From a candidate division FCPU426 bacterium (GTDB lineage Bacteria > Oederibacteriota > Muellerivitia > Muellerivitales > Muellerivitaceae): a DNA stretch of 61,226 nt. How positions within the stretch are numbered: position 1 is the first letter of the stretch; each line of letters begins with the position of its first letter. The position numbers and the translations under genes are program-made. The stretch lies in assembly GCA_963830915.1 (NCBI GenBank), contig CAWHOE010000032.1, positions 1 through 61,226 on the forward strand, given 5' to 3'. The notes below the pieces were generated by a model. The model was given only the letters and a program-made list of their open reading frames with translations. It searched no databases and was not told the DNA's origin. This document shows, in pieces, positions 26,991 through 36,804 of the stretch.

Positions 26991-29931
26991 CTCCCGTCTC
27001 GACGGCGGTGGGTTTGGCTTTCGCTTTTTTACCGGCGGCTTTTCGCAAATAAGGTTCCAGGGCCCGGAGCCTTTTCATCGTGGGGTCCCGGTACTGCTTG
27101 AGGGACGTGTATTTGAGGATGCGGTGATAGGTCTCGTAGGCTTTTTGGTAATCTTTCATGCCCTCATAACACTCTGCGATCCTGGCGAAGGAAGTGACCA
27201 CCCATTGGTCCTGTTTGGGGAAATGGAGGATGAGCCCGTTGAATTCCTTGATGGCGTCATCGAACTTCTTCGTCTGCTTCAATAGATCGGCGTGGTAGAA
27301 GGAAGCCTCCACCGCCAGGGACGCGGTGCTGGATTTCATGCTGACCTCATAAGCCTTCATGGCCTCATCCAACTTGCCCTCTTTTTCCAATAGGACGCCG
27401 GCCTGCAGGCCCGCTTCCTCGGCCAGGGGGTCCTTGCCGTAATCCTTCAGGAGTTTCTGGAAACATTCCAACGCTTTGTCCATGTGCTTCAACTGCTTTT
27501 CGCAAACCGCGCTGTTGAAGAGGGAGTGGGGCGCCAGACGGTGGTCCGGGTAGTTCTGGTAGATATTGGTGTAAGCGGTCAGGGCCTTTTGGAAGTTCCC
27601 CGCCTCGAAGTAGAGCGAGCCCAGGCTGAACTGCCCTTCCAGCGCCAAGGGGTCGTCGGGGTATTTGGTGAGTAATTGCTGGAAAACCGGCAAGGCGTCC
27701 GTGCTGTTGTCGTTCTTCACCAGGGCCGTGCCCAGCCAGAAGAGGGCGCGGGAGGCGATGGGGCTGTCCGGATACTTATCCACCACGTTGCGGTAGGCGG
27801 CGATGGCGTCGGCGTATTTACCGTCGTGGAACAGGTTCTCCGCCAGGCGGAACTGGATGTCAGGGGCGAAACGGCTGTTGGGGAACTTGGCCAAAAAGTC
27901 GGCGGCGATCTTGGAGACTTGGGTCTTCTCGCCCAATTTCTCGGACGACCATTGCAAGCCGTAGAGGGCGTCGGGAAGGAGCGCGTTGTCAGGGTAGGTT
28001 TCCACGAAGCTCTGGTAGGCGGCCTTGGAGTCCTGGAAGTTCTTCTGGTTGAACAGACAGTCGGCCCAGCGCAGGTGGGCCTCCGGCGCCAGGGTGTCCT
28101 TGGGGAAAAGGTCCTCGATCTTCTTGAATTCCACCTGGGCCAGGTCGAACTTTTTCTCGCGGAAATAAGCCCAGGCCGTCCAGTAAATGAGACGAGGTTT
28201 GCGGTCGTCCGTGTCCAGTTTGCCCAAGAGGGATTTCCAGAGGGTGGCGGCCTGCTCGAACTGGTCCTGGCGGTAGGAACACCAGCCCAATTGTTCCTGG
28301 GCGTCGAAGGATGTGGGCGGTCCATCCTGGTCGTCCAGGATCTTCTGGTAGACCGGCTGGGCTTTCTTGTATTCGTGCAGGTTGTACTGGCAGTCGCCGC
28401 TTCTTAATTGGGCCTCGATGCCGATGGGTGAGGATGGGTCTTTCTGGGCGGCCTTTTGGAACTGGGTGAAGGCGTCCTCGTATTTTTCCTGTTGGAAGTA
28501 GCTCCAGCCCAGGCCCGAATAGCAGTTCAGGGCCAGTTGATCCGAGGGTCCGTTCTTGAGGGCCTGTTTGTAAAGGCGCTCACTATCCGTGTATTTTTTT
28601 AGTTGGAAGGCGCTCTCGGCCCCGGCCCAGAGGGCTCTGGATTTCAGGTCGCCATCGGCCTTATCCGAAAGGTCACGGAACTCGGTTAGGGCCGTGTCGA
28701 ATTGCTGGGTGGAATAATCGCACCAGCCTTCCCAATAGGTAGAGCTGTTGGCCAATTCCTCGGGCGCTTTGGCGATGATCTGGGAATAATCCGCCCTGGC
28801 ATCGGCGAACTTGCCCGTCAGATAAAGACAGCCGCCCCGCAGATAAGCGGCGTCCCACTTTTGGGCGCTATCGGGGGTGAACTGGGCCACGGCCTGGAAA
28901 TGCTTGGCCGCGTCGTCGTATTTCTTGGCGTTGAAATCAAGCCAGCCCAAACCGTATTCCAACAAGTCGGCCGGGGCCTTGCCCTTGGCCAGTTCCAAAC
29001 CTTTGGTATAGGCTTGCCTGGCAGCGTCCGGAGCGTTCTGGGCGTTCTCTCTCACCCCGGCCCTGACCGCCGCCCAGGGCGCCAAGGGATGCTGGGGATA
29101 GACCGAGTAGATGATCTCGAAGGCGTTGGAAGCGTTCGTATGGTCGTTCAGCTTTTCGTGGCACCAGCCCAGCCCGTACATGGCGGAGGGGATCAGGGGA
29201 TCTTCGGCATAGCGGTGGAGGAAATCCTCGTAGGTGGTCTGGGCGTCGGCGTATTTGGCCATGCGGAACTTGGTCTCAGCCACCTGGAAGAGCGCCAGTT
29301 TCTTGAGGCCCTCGTCCTTGGTCCTCACCAGGACCTGGGTGAACCCGTCCAAGGCTTTCTCATAATCCTTCTGCTGGAAAAGGCACCAGGCCGTCAGGTA
29401 TTGGGCCAGGTCGGCGTATTGGTAATGGGGATTGTCGGAAAGGATCTTGCCGTAGCGTTCCTTGGCCTTCTCGTAGTCCTCTTTCTGGTAATAACATTCC
29501 CCTTCCCAGAAATAGAGGTCGGAAAGGGAGTCCAGGTCGAAGGATCGTTTTTCCAGTTCCTGGAACTTGGCGATGGCTGAGTCGTAGTTCTTGAGGTAGA
29601 CGAGGGAAACGGCGGACTTGAACTCCAGGCCGAGGGCGCCGGTGGAAAGGGGGTTCAGGCGCAGCGACTGCTGGTAGGCCTGGAAGGCGGAGGCGTAATC
29701 CTTCTCGCGGAACTGGGTCTCGCCGATGAGCCTCATGGCCAGGGCCCGTTCCATCGCGCTTTCGGACTTTTCTTCCACCAGGAGGAAACGGTCCATCGCC
29801 AAGTGATAGGCCCGCGCCTTCAGGAGCGCCCTGCCCTCGTCGGTAGGCGAAGGGAGGTTGATGCCGGCGGCCAGGGACAGGGCCGGCAGAAGCAGGATGA
29901 ATAAGGGGATCAGCTGGTTTTTTGCTTTCAA
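26974..29931 (-). CDS. Large periplasmic tetratricopeptide repeat protein
   Basis: Signal peptide; many BamD/CpoB-type TPR units ('YP.S..A..A.F.LG') across 985 aa. Confidence 0.9.
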   Translation of the reverse strand: MKAKNQLIPLFILLLPALSLAAGINLPSPTDEGRALLKARAYHLAMDRFLLVEEKSESAMERALAMRLIGETQFREKDYASAFQAYQQSLRLNPLSTGALGLEFKSAVSLVYLKNYDSAIAKFQELEKRSFDLDSLSDLYFWEGECYYQKEDYEKAKERYGKILSDNPHYQYADLAQYLTAWCLFQQKDYEKALDGFTQVLVRTKDEGLKKLALFQVAETKFRMAKYADAQTTYEDFLHRYAEDPLIPSAMYGLGWCHEKLNDHTNASNAFEIIYSVYPQHPLAPWAAVRAGVRENAQNAPDAARQAYTKGLELAKGKAPADLLEYGLGWLDFNAKKYDDAAKHFQAVAQFTPDSAQKWDAAYLRGGCLYLTGKFADARADYSQIIAKAPEELANSSTYWEGWCDYSTQQFDTALTEFRDLSDKADGDLKSRALWAGAESAFQLKKYTDSERLYKQALKNGPSDQLALNCYSGLGWSYFQQEKYEDAFTQFQKAAQKDPSSPIGIEAQLRSGDCQYNLHEYKKAQPVYQKILDDQDGPPTSFDAQEQLGWCSYRQDQFEQAATLWKSLLGKLDTDDRKPRLIYWTAWAYFREKKFDLAQVEFKKIEDLFPKDTLAPEAHLRWADCLFNQKNFQDSKAAYQSFVETYPDNALLPDALYGLQWSSEKLGEKTQVSKIAADFLAKFPNSRFAPDIQFRLAENLFHDGKYADAIAAYRNVVDKYPDSPIASRALFWLGTALVKNDNSTDALPVFQQLLTKYPDDPLALEGQFSLGSLYFEAGNFQKALTAYTNIYQNYPDHRLAPHSLFNSAVCEKQLKHMDKALECFQKLLKDYGKDPLAEEAGLQAGVLLEKEGKLDEAMKAYEVSMKSSTASLAVEASFYHADLLKQTKKFDDAIKEFNGLILHFPKQDQWVVTSFARIAECYEGMKDYQKAYETYHRILKYTSLKQYRDPTMKRLRALEPYLRKAAGKKAKAKPTAVETGDENEK

Positions 29932-30065
29932 TGGACTCCATCCATAAAAGGTTGGCTGATGTTACCGTCTTTTCCGGGGGGTGTCAGCCCCTGGGAAGCA
30001 GAAATGCCTGTTTTACCGCTTCTTTAACCGGTTCTTAACCCCGAGACTGACAGACATATTGTGTC

Positions 30066-30224
30066 TGTCATTGCGAGGAGCGTCTATCATTGGATTTAGC
30101 GACGAAGCAAACCCAGTTCATGGGTAATTAAATACATTTTGATGTTTACATCTTATAAGGCTAAGTCGAAAACATCCCATAAACTGAGGTTGCCACGCCG
30201 CAAAATTCGCGGCTCGCAATGACA
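30066..30224. repeat. REP-like palindromic element, copy 2
   Basis: TGTCATTGCGAGGAGCG...GCGACGAAGCAA...CGAAAACATCCCAT.AACTGAGGTTGCC...CGCGGCTCGCAATGACA; homologous to 16198-16359. Confidence 0.85.
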
Positions 30225-30247
30225 CCTAAAAAGATGAACCTTAATCT

Positions 30248-30541
30248 TTATGTCTTTTCCACTTGGACGATCAACCTGATCAAGGCCAGTACCCCCGCCA
30301 CCCTCTCGCATTTTTCCTCGGTGCCGATATATATGACCGCCTTGCCGTTGTTGTGAACCCTCATGGTCAACTCGAAGGCCCTCTCCAGGGCGAACCCCGT
30401 GGCCTTCTGGATCTGGAAGACTACCTCGTCGATGGAATGGACCTCATCATTGAACAGTACGACCTGCCAGGGATTGCCCAGTTCCTCTTTCGGGACTGTC
30501 TCGATATCCGCTTCGGGATGGTCCAAACTTTTCAGGCTCAT
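30248..30541 (-). CDS. clpS: ATP-dependent Clp protease adaptor ClpS
   Basis: 'WQVVLFNDEVHSIDEVV', 'A.EL.M.VH..GKAV...G..E'. Confidence 0.85.
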   Translation of the reverse strand: MSLKSLDHPEADIETVPKEELGNPWQVVLFNDEVHSIDEVVFQIQKATGFALERAFELTMRVHNNGKAVIYIGTEEKCERVAGVLALIRLIVQVEKT

Positions 30542-30592
30542 ACTTACCTCAACCAAACATGATGAACATTCAAGATTTTAGACGCTCATTCA

Positions 30593-31951
30593 CTACTTTG
30601 ACACTTTATTAGACGTCAAACCCCGTCGAATCCGCCCGACTTTCTCCTTTTCAGGCGTGTTGAAAGCCAAGAACCGATATAGCGGCACGGGCATGATGAC
30701 CTTCCCTATCCCGTGGGCCAAAAAGGCCGCGATCATGAAGGGGACGATGAGCATACTTTGGTCCGTCATCTCCATGATGATGATGACCGCCGTCAAGGGA
30801 GCTTGGACCGCGCCGGAAAAGAAGGCTACCATCCCAATGAGGGCGCAGGCCTTGAGATCGACGGCCAGGGAAAGTTTCCCAAGGGTGAACCCCATACCAG
30901 CGCCGATGGAAAGACAGGGCGAGAAAATACCGCCCGCCATTCCCGACAGGTAGGAAAAGACCGTGGTCAGGAACTTCTCGGGGAAAAAGAGGAGGGGGAG
31001 GGTGCCCTGGGGATCATCCATGAATTTACGGGTCGTCTCGTAACCAGACCCGGCCGTATCGCCGTTGGATAATAGACAAAAACCGGAGCATATGAGCCCG
31101 CAGACCAAAGTTCGAAGCCACCAGGAACGAGGAAGCGTTTTTAAGGGACTGGAAATGGCCTTGGCGAAAAAACCGCCGAAGACGCCTCCAGCCACGCCGA
31201 GAATGACCGCCGAGGAAATGATCGTGAGGGAGGGATTCTGGATGAAGGGATGGCCGAAATAAAGGTAATTCCCGCCCAGGGCCTGGGCCGTAATACCGGC
31301 TACGATCACGGCCAGCATCACGACCCGTTTGAACTGGGAAAAGGTCGCTTCCGCGATCTCTTCCAGCGCGAAGGTGATGCCCGCCAGGGGCGTGTTGAAG
31401 GCCGCCGCGATACCGGCTGAGGCGCCCGCGACCAGGAAGGAACGGAAATCCCTCAAACCAAAATAGGTACGGGCGTGCCGGGCCGTCCAGGCGAAGACCG
31501 AGGAAGCGATCTGGACCGTCGGCCCTTCCCGGCCGATGGAAGCCCCGCCCAGTATGCCAACGCTTGAGGAAACGATCTTCCAACAGGCGGTCTTGACGGA
31601 AACGAGCGGACTGTTGATCTCCTGGGGATTTTGGGGAGTTACCTTCTCAATGGCCTGAAGCACCTGCGGGATACCGCTCCCTTTGGCTTCAGGGGCGAAA
31701 CGGACCACCAGCCAGGTGGCGGCGATGAATAACAAAGGGGCGAGGAGCGCGAGGTAATAGGGATGGTCCTCATAGCCACGCATGAACAGATCATGGGCCA
31801 GGGCGATCAATTTCGCGTAGAAATAAGCGCTCAGGCCCACGATGACCGCGGCCACCAACTGGGCCGCCCGGATGAAGTTCTCTTGATGGAGCGGATTCCA
31901 TTTCTTGACCGTTTTCGAGAATTGGTTTATCTCGGATACCAGTTTTTTCAC
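30593..31951 (-). CDS. ClC family chloride channel/antiporter
   Basis: GSGIP, GREGP, 'AAAFNTPLAG..F..EE', GIFSP motifs; no CBS domains. Confidence 0.92.
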   Translation of the reverse strand: MKKLVSEINQFSKTVKKWNPLHQENFIRAAQLVAAVIVGLSAYFYAKLIALAHDLFMRGYEDHPYYLALLAPLLFIAATWLVVRFAPEAKGSGIPQVLQAIEKVTPQNPQEINSPLVSVKTACWKIVSSSVGILGGASIGREGPTVQIASSVFAWTARHARTYFGLRDFRSFLVAGASAGIAAAFNTPLAGITFALEEIAEATFSQFKRVVMLAVIVAGITAQALGGNYLYFGHPFIQNPSLTIISSAVILGVAGGVFGGFFAKAISSPLKTLPRSWWLRTLVCGLICSGFCLLSNGDTAGSGYETTRKFMDDPQGTLPLLFFPEKFLTTVFSYLSGMAGGIFSPCLSIGAGMGFTLGKLSLAVDLKACALIGMVAFFSGAVQAPLTAVIIIMEMTDQSMLIVPFMIAAFLAHGIGKVIMPVPLYRFLAFNTPEKEKVGRIRRGLTSNKVSK

Positions 31952-32106
31952 TTTCGCCTTTTCGTCGCCTGATCTGAAACTTTTTAACCGCGCAATTATA
32001 CAAAAAATCGTCCGTTATGTTCGATGGCGGAAGTTCCCTTTTTATTCTCCGTGATCTAAAGGCGTCCCCCGGTCGAAAACCGGGGGCCCTTCACCATCTC
32101 AACGGC

Positions 32107-32298
32107 TCACTTGGCGGCCGGTGTGCTATTGGCCATCGGCGTTTTTTTGCTTTTGCGCATCTTCTTATGATGGGTCTTTTTGTGCTTCATCGTTTTCCCG
32201 GCGGGTGTTGACATAGGCGTAGGCGTGGAAGCCAACAAAGGTCCAGCGACCATCGACAAGAAAAGGACTGTCGCCAGTGACGCGATCATCTTTTTCAT
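32107..32298 (-). CDS. Small secreted Lys/His-rich protein
   Basis: AAGGAG RBS; signal peptide then 'KHKKTHHKKMRKSKK'. Confidence 0.7.
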   Translation of the reverse strand: MKKMIASLATVLFLSMVAGPLLASTPTPMSTPAGKTMKHKKTHHKKMRKSKKTPMANSTPAAK

Positions 32299-32478
32299 GA
32301 CTTTCTCCTTTTTTGAATTTTTAGGGCTGACGGTCGGCCCCACTAGGGTCAGGCCGTCAGCCCGTTCTTCTTTTCCCAATCCCAGCGAACGCTCGCGGGA
32401 CGGACCATTCGCCCGACCGGGGGGCCGGCCGGGCTTTTGCCCGGGGGTGTTTCCGGGCAGAAACTGGAGGTTAGGAGC

Positions 32479-32916
32479 TCAAAAATAATCTACCGGCAGG
32501 GTTTGTCGAGGCTGGGTGTGAGGTACGTATTTGGGCGTATCCATGGCCAGCCTTCTCGCGCGGCTTATTTCCTCTTGGGAAATATCCTTCTGGACCAGCA
32601 AGTCCTGTTTGGGATAGATCAGGTCCGGGTCCTTGATCTTGTCCCGGTTCATCTTGTAAAGCTCCGGCCATTGGAAGGGGTCCCCGTAAACCCTGGGTTG
32701 TCCCGCGATGGTCCAGAGACAATCGTGCTTTTCCACCAGGTAATGACCCGCCAGGCTGGGCGAATCTTTCTGTAGAACAGCCTGTTGCCCGACACTCGCG
32801 GCACCGCCTGGATTAGGCGCCTCGGTGCTTTCGACGCGTTTTTGCCCGCAACCGCAAAACAAAACGACCGCCGTGACGCTCGTAGCCAATAAAATGATCC
32901 TTTGTAGATTTATCAT
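32479..32916 (-). CDS. LysM domain lipoprotein
   Basis: Lipobox-like 'FCGC'; 'Y.V...DCLWTIA...VYGDPFQWP.LY..N...IKDPDLIYP.Q.L'. Confidence 0.9.
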   Translation of the reverse strand: MINLQRIILLATSVTAVVLFCGCGQKRVESTEAPNPGGAASVGQQAVLQKDSPSLAGHYLVEKHDCLWTIAGQPRVYGDPFQWPELYKMNRDKIKDPDLIYPKQDLLVQKDISQEEISRARRLAMDTPKYVPHTQPRQTLPVDYF

Positions 32917-33305
32917 TTCACTTCTCCTTTTCTGTAATGGTCCTTCCCTTCGACAATACAAACCGACTTACCCGCCTTTGAACGCAACTGGGATTCCGAT
33001 CCCCTGGCGTAGGACCGAACGAATTCCCCGACCTTCTCGGCCAGGTAGATCAATTCGGCCTGGTTCATGGGCCTTCCCAAAAGGCTGTCCAATAGGCGGA
33101 AGGCCTTTCTCAAAAGACAATTGCGCAGGGAACCAGCCCACTCCAACTCATCCACGACCTTTCCTTCGTCCATGTCATCCATCAGACATCTGATCTCTTT
33201 GTTTCTCTCCAATGTCGACCGCAGTAAAAACCACCTCAAAAAGAGGGAAACAGCTGGTGAATTTCCAGGTTTGGAACTGCCCGGTCGAACTTCTTTCGGA
33301 TCCAT
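32913..33305 (-). CDS. Hypothetical protein
   Basis: GGGAGG RBS; ATGA overlap with the LysM gene. Confidence 0.5.
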   Translation of the reverse strand: MDPKEVRPGSSKPGNSPAVSLFLRWFLLRSTLERNKEIRCLMDDMDEGKVVDELEWAGSLRNCLLRKAFRLLDSLLGRPMNQAELIYLAEKVGEFVRSYARGSESQLRSKAGKSVCIVEGKDHYRKGEVK

Positions 33306-33330
33306 AAGAACCTCCCATTCTGGATAAGAT

Positions 33331-33717
33331 TCAGCTTTTAGGCGGGATGCTCCCGCTTGGCTGTTTCAAGTCGTTGATATCCGGCGTCACTTTCACAACC
33401 GGGTTTAAGGCGGACAAATTCCTGGGTATTTCGGTTGAGCCGGAACTTGTTTTCGGGATCCGCTGCATCGCGGCCCATTTTTCCCGTCGACTGGTTTTCT
33501 CATCCTGGACGGTTTGGACCACCCGCTGAACGGTTTTCGGACTTGCTTTCGACTTTGTTTGGCCTCTTATGGCCATCACTGGCAGGGCATGATCCGACCC
33601 TTGCGAGAAGATCGGTTTGTACATCCAGGACCAATCGGCTTTTTTCAGCCAGGGGCCGTAATGGCCCACCACGCCGATAAGTCCGTAAGCGATTAAAAGT
33701 ATTAGAAATTGTTTCAT
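33331..33717 (-). CDS. Hypothetical membrane-anchored protein
   Basis: AAGGAG RBS; N-terminal TM. Confidence 0.65.
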   Translation of the reverse strand: MKQFLILLIAYGLIGVVGHYGPWLKKADWSWMYKPIFSQGSDHALPVMAIRGQTKSKASPKTVQRVVQTVQDEKTSRREKWAAMQRIPKTSSGSTEIPRNLSALNPVVKVTPDINDLKQPSGSIPPKS

Positions 33718-33821
33718 GGCGCTCCTTTCCCATTTGGTTTTTGAAAACGCAAATTGAACGCGGAAAAGCCTATTCCGGGCGAAATTCACCCGAAATGGTC
33801 CCGCGTTTTAGGAAAGGATGA

Positions 33822-34184
33822 TCAGATTCTTAGGATGAGAGAACTTTGGTGGGAAACAGCGTTGAATACAGATCCCGGGACAGCGCAAAACCGGGGTTCG
33901 AAGGGATCGATCGTTTTCGTGAACTTCGGGGTCAAAAGATTGAAACTTTGGAATTCCTTAGGAATGAACTTGAAGGTCGAGACATGGGCGGCGGCTTTTG
34001 TTATCTGGGCTGTGGCCAAGTTCGGGTATTTATGGGATGTGGAGCCCTTGAAACCGTTTTGAGAAAAGGAACTTACAGGGATGGGATTTGATGGGCTTAG
34101 ATCAACGACGACCGGCCGCAAAGCCACCGCCGCCAAAAGGAGGAAAAAGAAAAGTTTTCCGAAAAGTTTCAGTGTTTTTCTCAT
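33822..34184 (-). CDS. Hypothetical exported protein
   Basis: GGGAG RBS; N-terminal hydrophobic segment; ends 'LILRI'. Confidence 0.55.
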   Translation of the reverse strand: MRKTLKLFGKLFFFLLLAAVALRPVVVDLSPSNPIPVSSFSQNGFKGSTSHKYPNLATAQITKAAAHVSTFKFIPKEFQSFNLLTPKFTKTIDPFEPRFCAVPGSVFNAVSHQSSLILRI

Positions 34185-34316
34185 TGGCTCCCCAGCCGTT
34201 TCAACCAGCCCAATAAAAAAACGATGCTTTTACTCGGTTATTATTAGGACGAACGACCTATCAAAAAAGTTCCACTATCAACCATCCCTCCCGGTTTAAC
34301 GGCCGGAAAGGTTAGG

Positions 34317-36065
34317 TTAGAACTCGTCGTCGTCCTCGTCCTCATCCTCGGTCTTGGCTTTTTTCATGAACTTCTTGAGCATCTTCTGGAAAGCGCTGGT
34401 CTTGCGGTGAACGCTGTGTTCCTCGCTGTTTTCGCCCTCGGCGTGCTCGGCGCCCTCCGCTCCCTCTTGGGTCTTCCCTTCCTTCTTGACCAGGGCCTTG
34501 ATGCTCAAGCCGATGCGGCGCTTGCCCGTATCCACGGAAACCACCTTCACCGTGACCTCGTCCCCGATCTTCAGGGCGTCCTCGACCTTCGCGGGTACCT
34601 TGGGGGCTATCTCGGTCTTATGGATCAAACCCTCGACGTTCTTTTCCAGTTCCATGAACGCGCCGAACTCGACGATGCGGGCAATCTTTCCGGTGATGAC
34701 CTGGCCGACCTTGTAGTTGTCCTCGACCTTATCCCAGGGGTCGCCCTCGACCTGCTTGAGGCCGAGCGAGATGCGCTTTTTCTCTTCATCAATCGCGAGG
34801 ATCTTCACGCTGAGCTGTTGGCCGACCTTGTATTCCTTCTGCGGGGTCTTGGAGCGCTTGTCCCAGGTGATGTCCGATTGATGCAGGAGGCCTTCCAGGC
34901 CCTCGGCGATCTCAACGAACAGACCGAATTCGGTTACACTGGTGACCGTGCCGGGATAGTTGGAGCCGATGTGGAAACGGTTGGTGATGTCGTCCCAGGG
35001 GCTTTTTTCCAGGCGCTTGAAGCTGAAGTTGATCTTTTTCTTCTCGAAGTCGATCTCGATGATCTGGGCCGGGCGTTTCTGCCCGACCTTGAAGGTTTCT
35101 GATGGCTTCTTAAGTTTTTTGGACCAGGAAAGCTCGGTGAGATGGCAGAAACCTTCCAGGTTATCCTGGGTCTTGAGAAACACGCCATAATCGACGAAAT
35201 GGGTCACTTCGGTGTCGACTGTCTGGCCTACCCGATAGCGCTTGTCCGCGTCGGTCCAGGGGTCGGGCGACATCTGTTTGATACCCAGGGAAATTTTGCC
35301 TTTTTCTTTATCCACCTGCAGGACCATCACCTTGATGGGGGTATCGACTTTCACGAAATCCTGGACCTTGTTCACCCGGCCCCAGTCGATATCTGCGATA
35401 TGGAGGAGCCCGTCGATGCCGCCCAGGTCCACGAAGGCCCCGTAACTGACCAGGCTCTTGACCTTACCCTCGATGATGTCGCCCGGGTTCAGCTCGGCGA
35501 TGCGTTTGTTACGGTTCTCATCCCTGGCCAATTCCAGCACCGGCCTGCGGGACAGGACCACGTTGGAGCGTTGGCGGTCCAGCTTGATGATCTTGAACTC
35601 GTAGATCTTCTCCAGATGTTCCTCGGTCTCGGGGCCCTTCTGGAGGCTGACCTGGCTGGCGGGCAGGAAAGCCTCGACCGTGCCGATGTCGACCCGGTAT
35701 CCGCCGTTGACCTTCTTGATGACCCGGCCCTTGATGATGGCGCCGGCTTGGTTGGTCTCTTCCAGGGTCTGCCAGATGCGGCTACGGTCCACGTTGCGTT
35801 TGGAAAGTTTCAGGCGGCCGTTGGAATCGGCCATGCGTTCCACCGACACCTCGACCTTGTCGCCGACCTTGACGGTCAATTCCCCGCTGATGTCCAGGAA
35901 CTCGGACTTCGGGATGACTCCCTCGGTCTTGTAGCCGACGTCGATGATCATCTCATCGTCGCCGATCTTGAGGATCTCGCCCGTGACCACCTGGCCGCGC
36001 GCGACACGTTTTTCCTCGTTTAAAAGTTCCTCCATCGTCATTTCAGGAACGGGTGAATCTACCAT
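34317..36065 (-). CDS. rpsA: 30S ribosomal protein S1
   Basis: Six S1 domains ('DVGYKTEG', 'YGAFVDLGGIDGLLH', 'ISLG.KQ...DPW'). Confidence 0.97.
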   Translation of the reverse strand: MVDSPVPEMTMEELLNEEKRVARGQVVTGEILKIGDDEMIIDVGYKTEGVIPKSEFLDISGELTVKVGDKVEVSVERMADSNGRLKLSKRNVDRSRIWQTLEETNQAGAIIKGRVIKKVNGGYRVDIGTVEAFLPASQVSLQKGPETEEHLEKIYEFKIIKLDRQRSNVVLSRRPVLELARDENRNKRIAELNPGDIIEGKVKSLVSYGAFVDLGGIDGLLHIADIDWGRVNKVQDFVKVDTPIKVMVLQVDKEKGKISLGIKQMSPDPWTDADKRYRVGQTVDTEVTHFVDYGVFLKTQDNLEGFCHLTELSWSKKLKKPSETFKVGQKRPAQIIEIDFEKKKINFSFKRLEKSPWDDITNRFHIGSNYPGTVTSVTEFGLFVEIAEGLEGLLHQSDITWDKRSKTPQKEYKVGQQLSVKILAIDEEKKRISLGLKQVEGDPWDKVEDNYKVGQVITGKIARIVEFGAFMELEKNVEGLIHKTEIAPKVPAKVEDALKIGDEVTVKVVSVDTGKRRIGLSIKALVKKEGKTQEGAEGAEHAEGENSEEHSVHRKTSAFQKMLKKFMKKAKTEDEDEDDDEF

Positions 36066-36183
36066 GGTTGACCTCAAGTTCTTACCCCTGTTTAAGGAGT
36101 GGATTAATGGCGGGTATTCTACCTCAGGGATTGGCTGTGGGAAACCATTAAGGCGAAAGAAAAGAGGGACTTTAAACGATTTT

Positions 36184-36804
36184 CTATGGGCGAGAAGGTT
36201 GAAGTTTGCTGATGTGCTCGGTCACCCGCTCGGCGATCTTGGCGTAAGTGGGTTTTTCCGGTTCCATGGCGTAAAGGTCCTCCAGCGGAATTGCCGGCCC
36301 GTAAGAGACCGTCACCTTCCCCGGTTTGGGGAACCATTTCCCTTTGGGCATGCTTTGGAACGTTCCGTCGATGAAGGCAGGGATGACCGGAACCCGGGCG
36401 TTATACAGGAGCATCCCGACGCCCTTCTTGGCCTTCTGGAGGTTGCCGTCGAGCGTTCGGGTTCCCTCGGCGAAGATGCAAAGGGGCTTGCCAGCGTGCA
36501 GAAAGTCGTGGAATTTCTTGATGGCCGCCTCGTCCCCCACGCCCCTTTTCACGGGAAAGGCCCCGCAATTGGAGATGATCCACCCGAAGATGGGAACGCG
36601 GAATAGTTCTTCCTTGGCCATGAAGCCCACTTCCCGATCCTCGCTGGTGTAACCGATCATGTAAGGATCCAGGAAGCTGGCGTGGTTGGAAAGGACCACG
36701 AAAGGACCGGCGGCCGGGATGTTATCCGTACCCACCGATCGTATGCCGAAATAACGGCGCATGAACCAACCGGTGCTATATCGGACTTTAGGGAAAGACT
36801 TCAT
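36184..36804 (-). CDS. plsC: 1-acyl-sn-glycerol-3-phosphate acyltransferase
   Basis: NHASFLD, 'FMAKEELF', 'FAEGTR'. Confidence 0.93.
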   Translation of the reverse strand: MKSFPKVRYSTGWFMRRYFGIRSVGTDNIPAAGPFVVLSNHASFLDPYMIGYTSEDREVGFMAKEELFRVPIFGWIISNCGAFPVKRGVGDEAAIKKFHDFLHAGKPLCIFAEGTRTLDGNLQKAKKGVGMLLYNARVPVIPAFIDGTFQSMPKGKWFPKPGKVTVSYGPAIPLEDLYAMEPEKPTYAKIAERVTEHISKLQPSRP

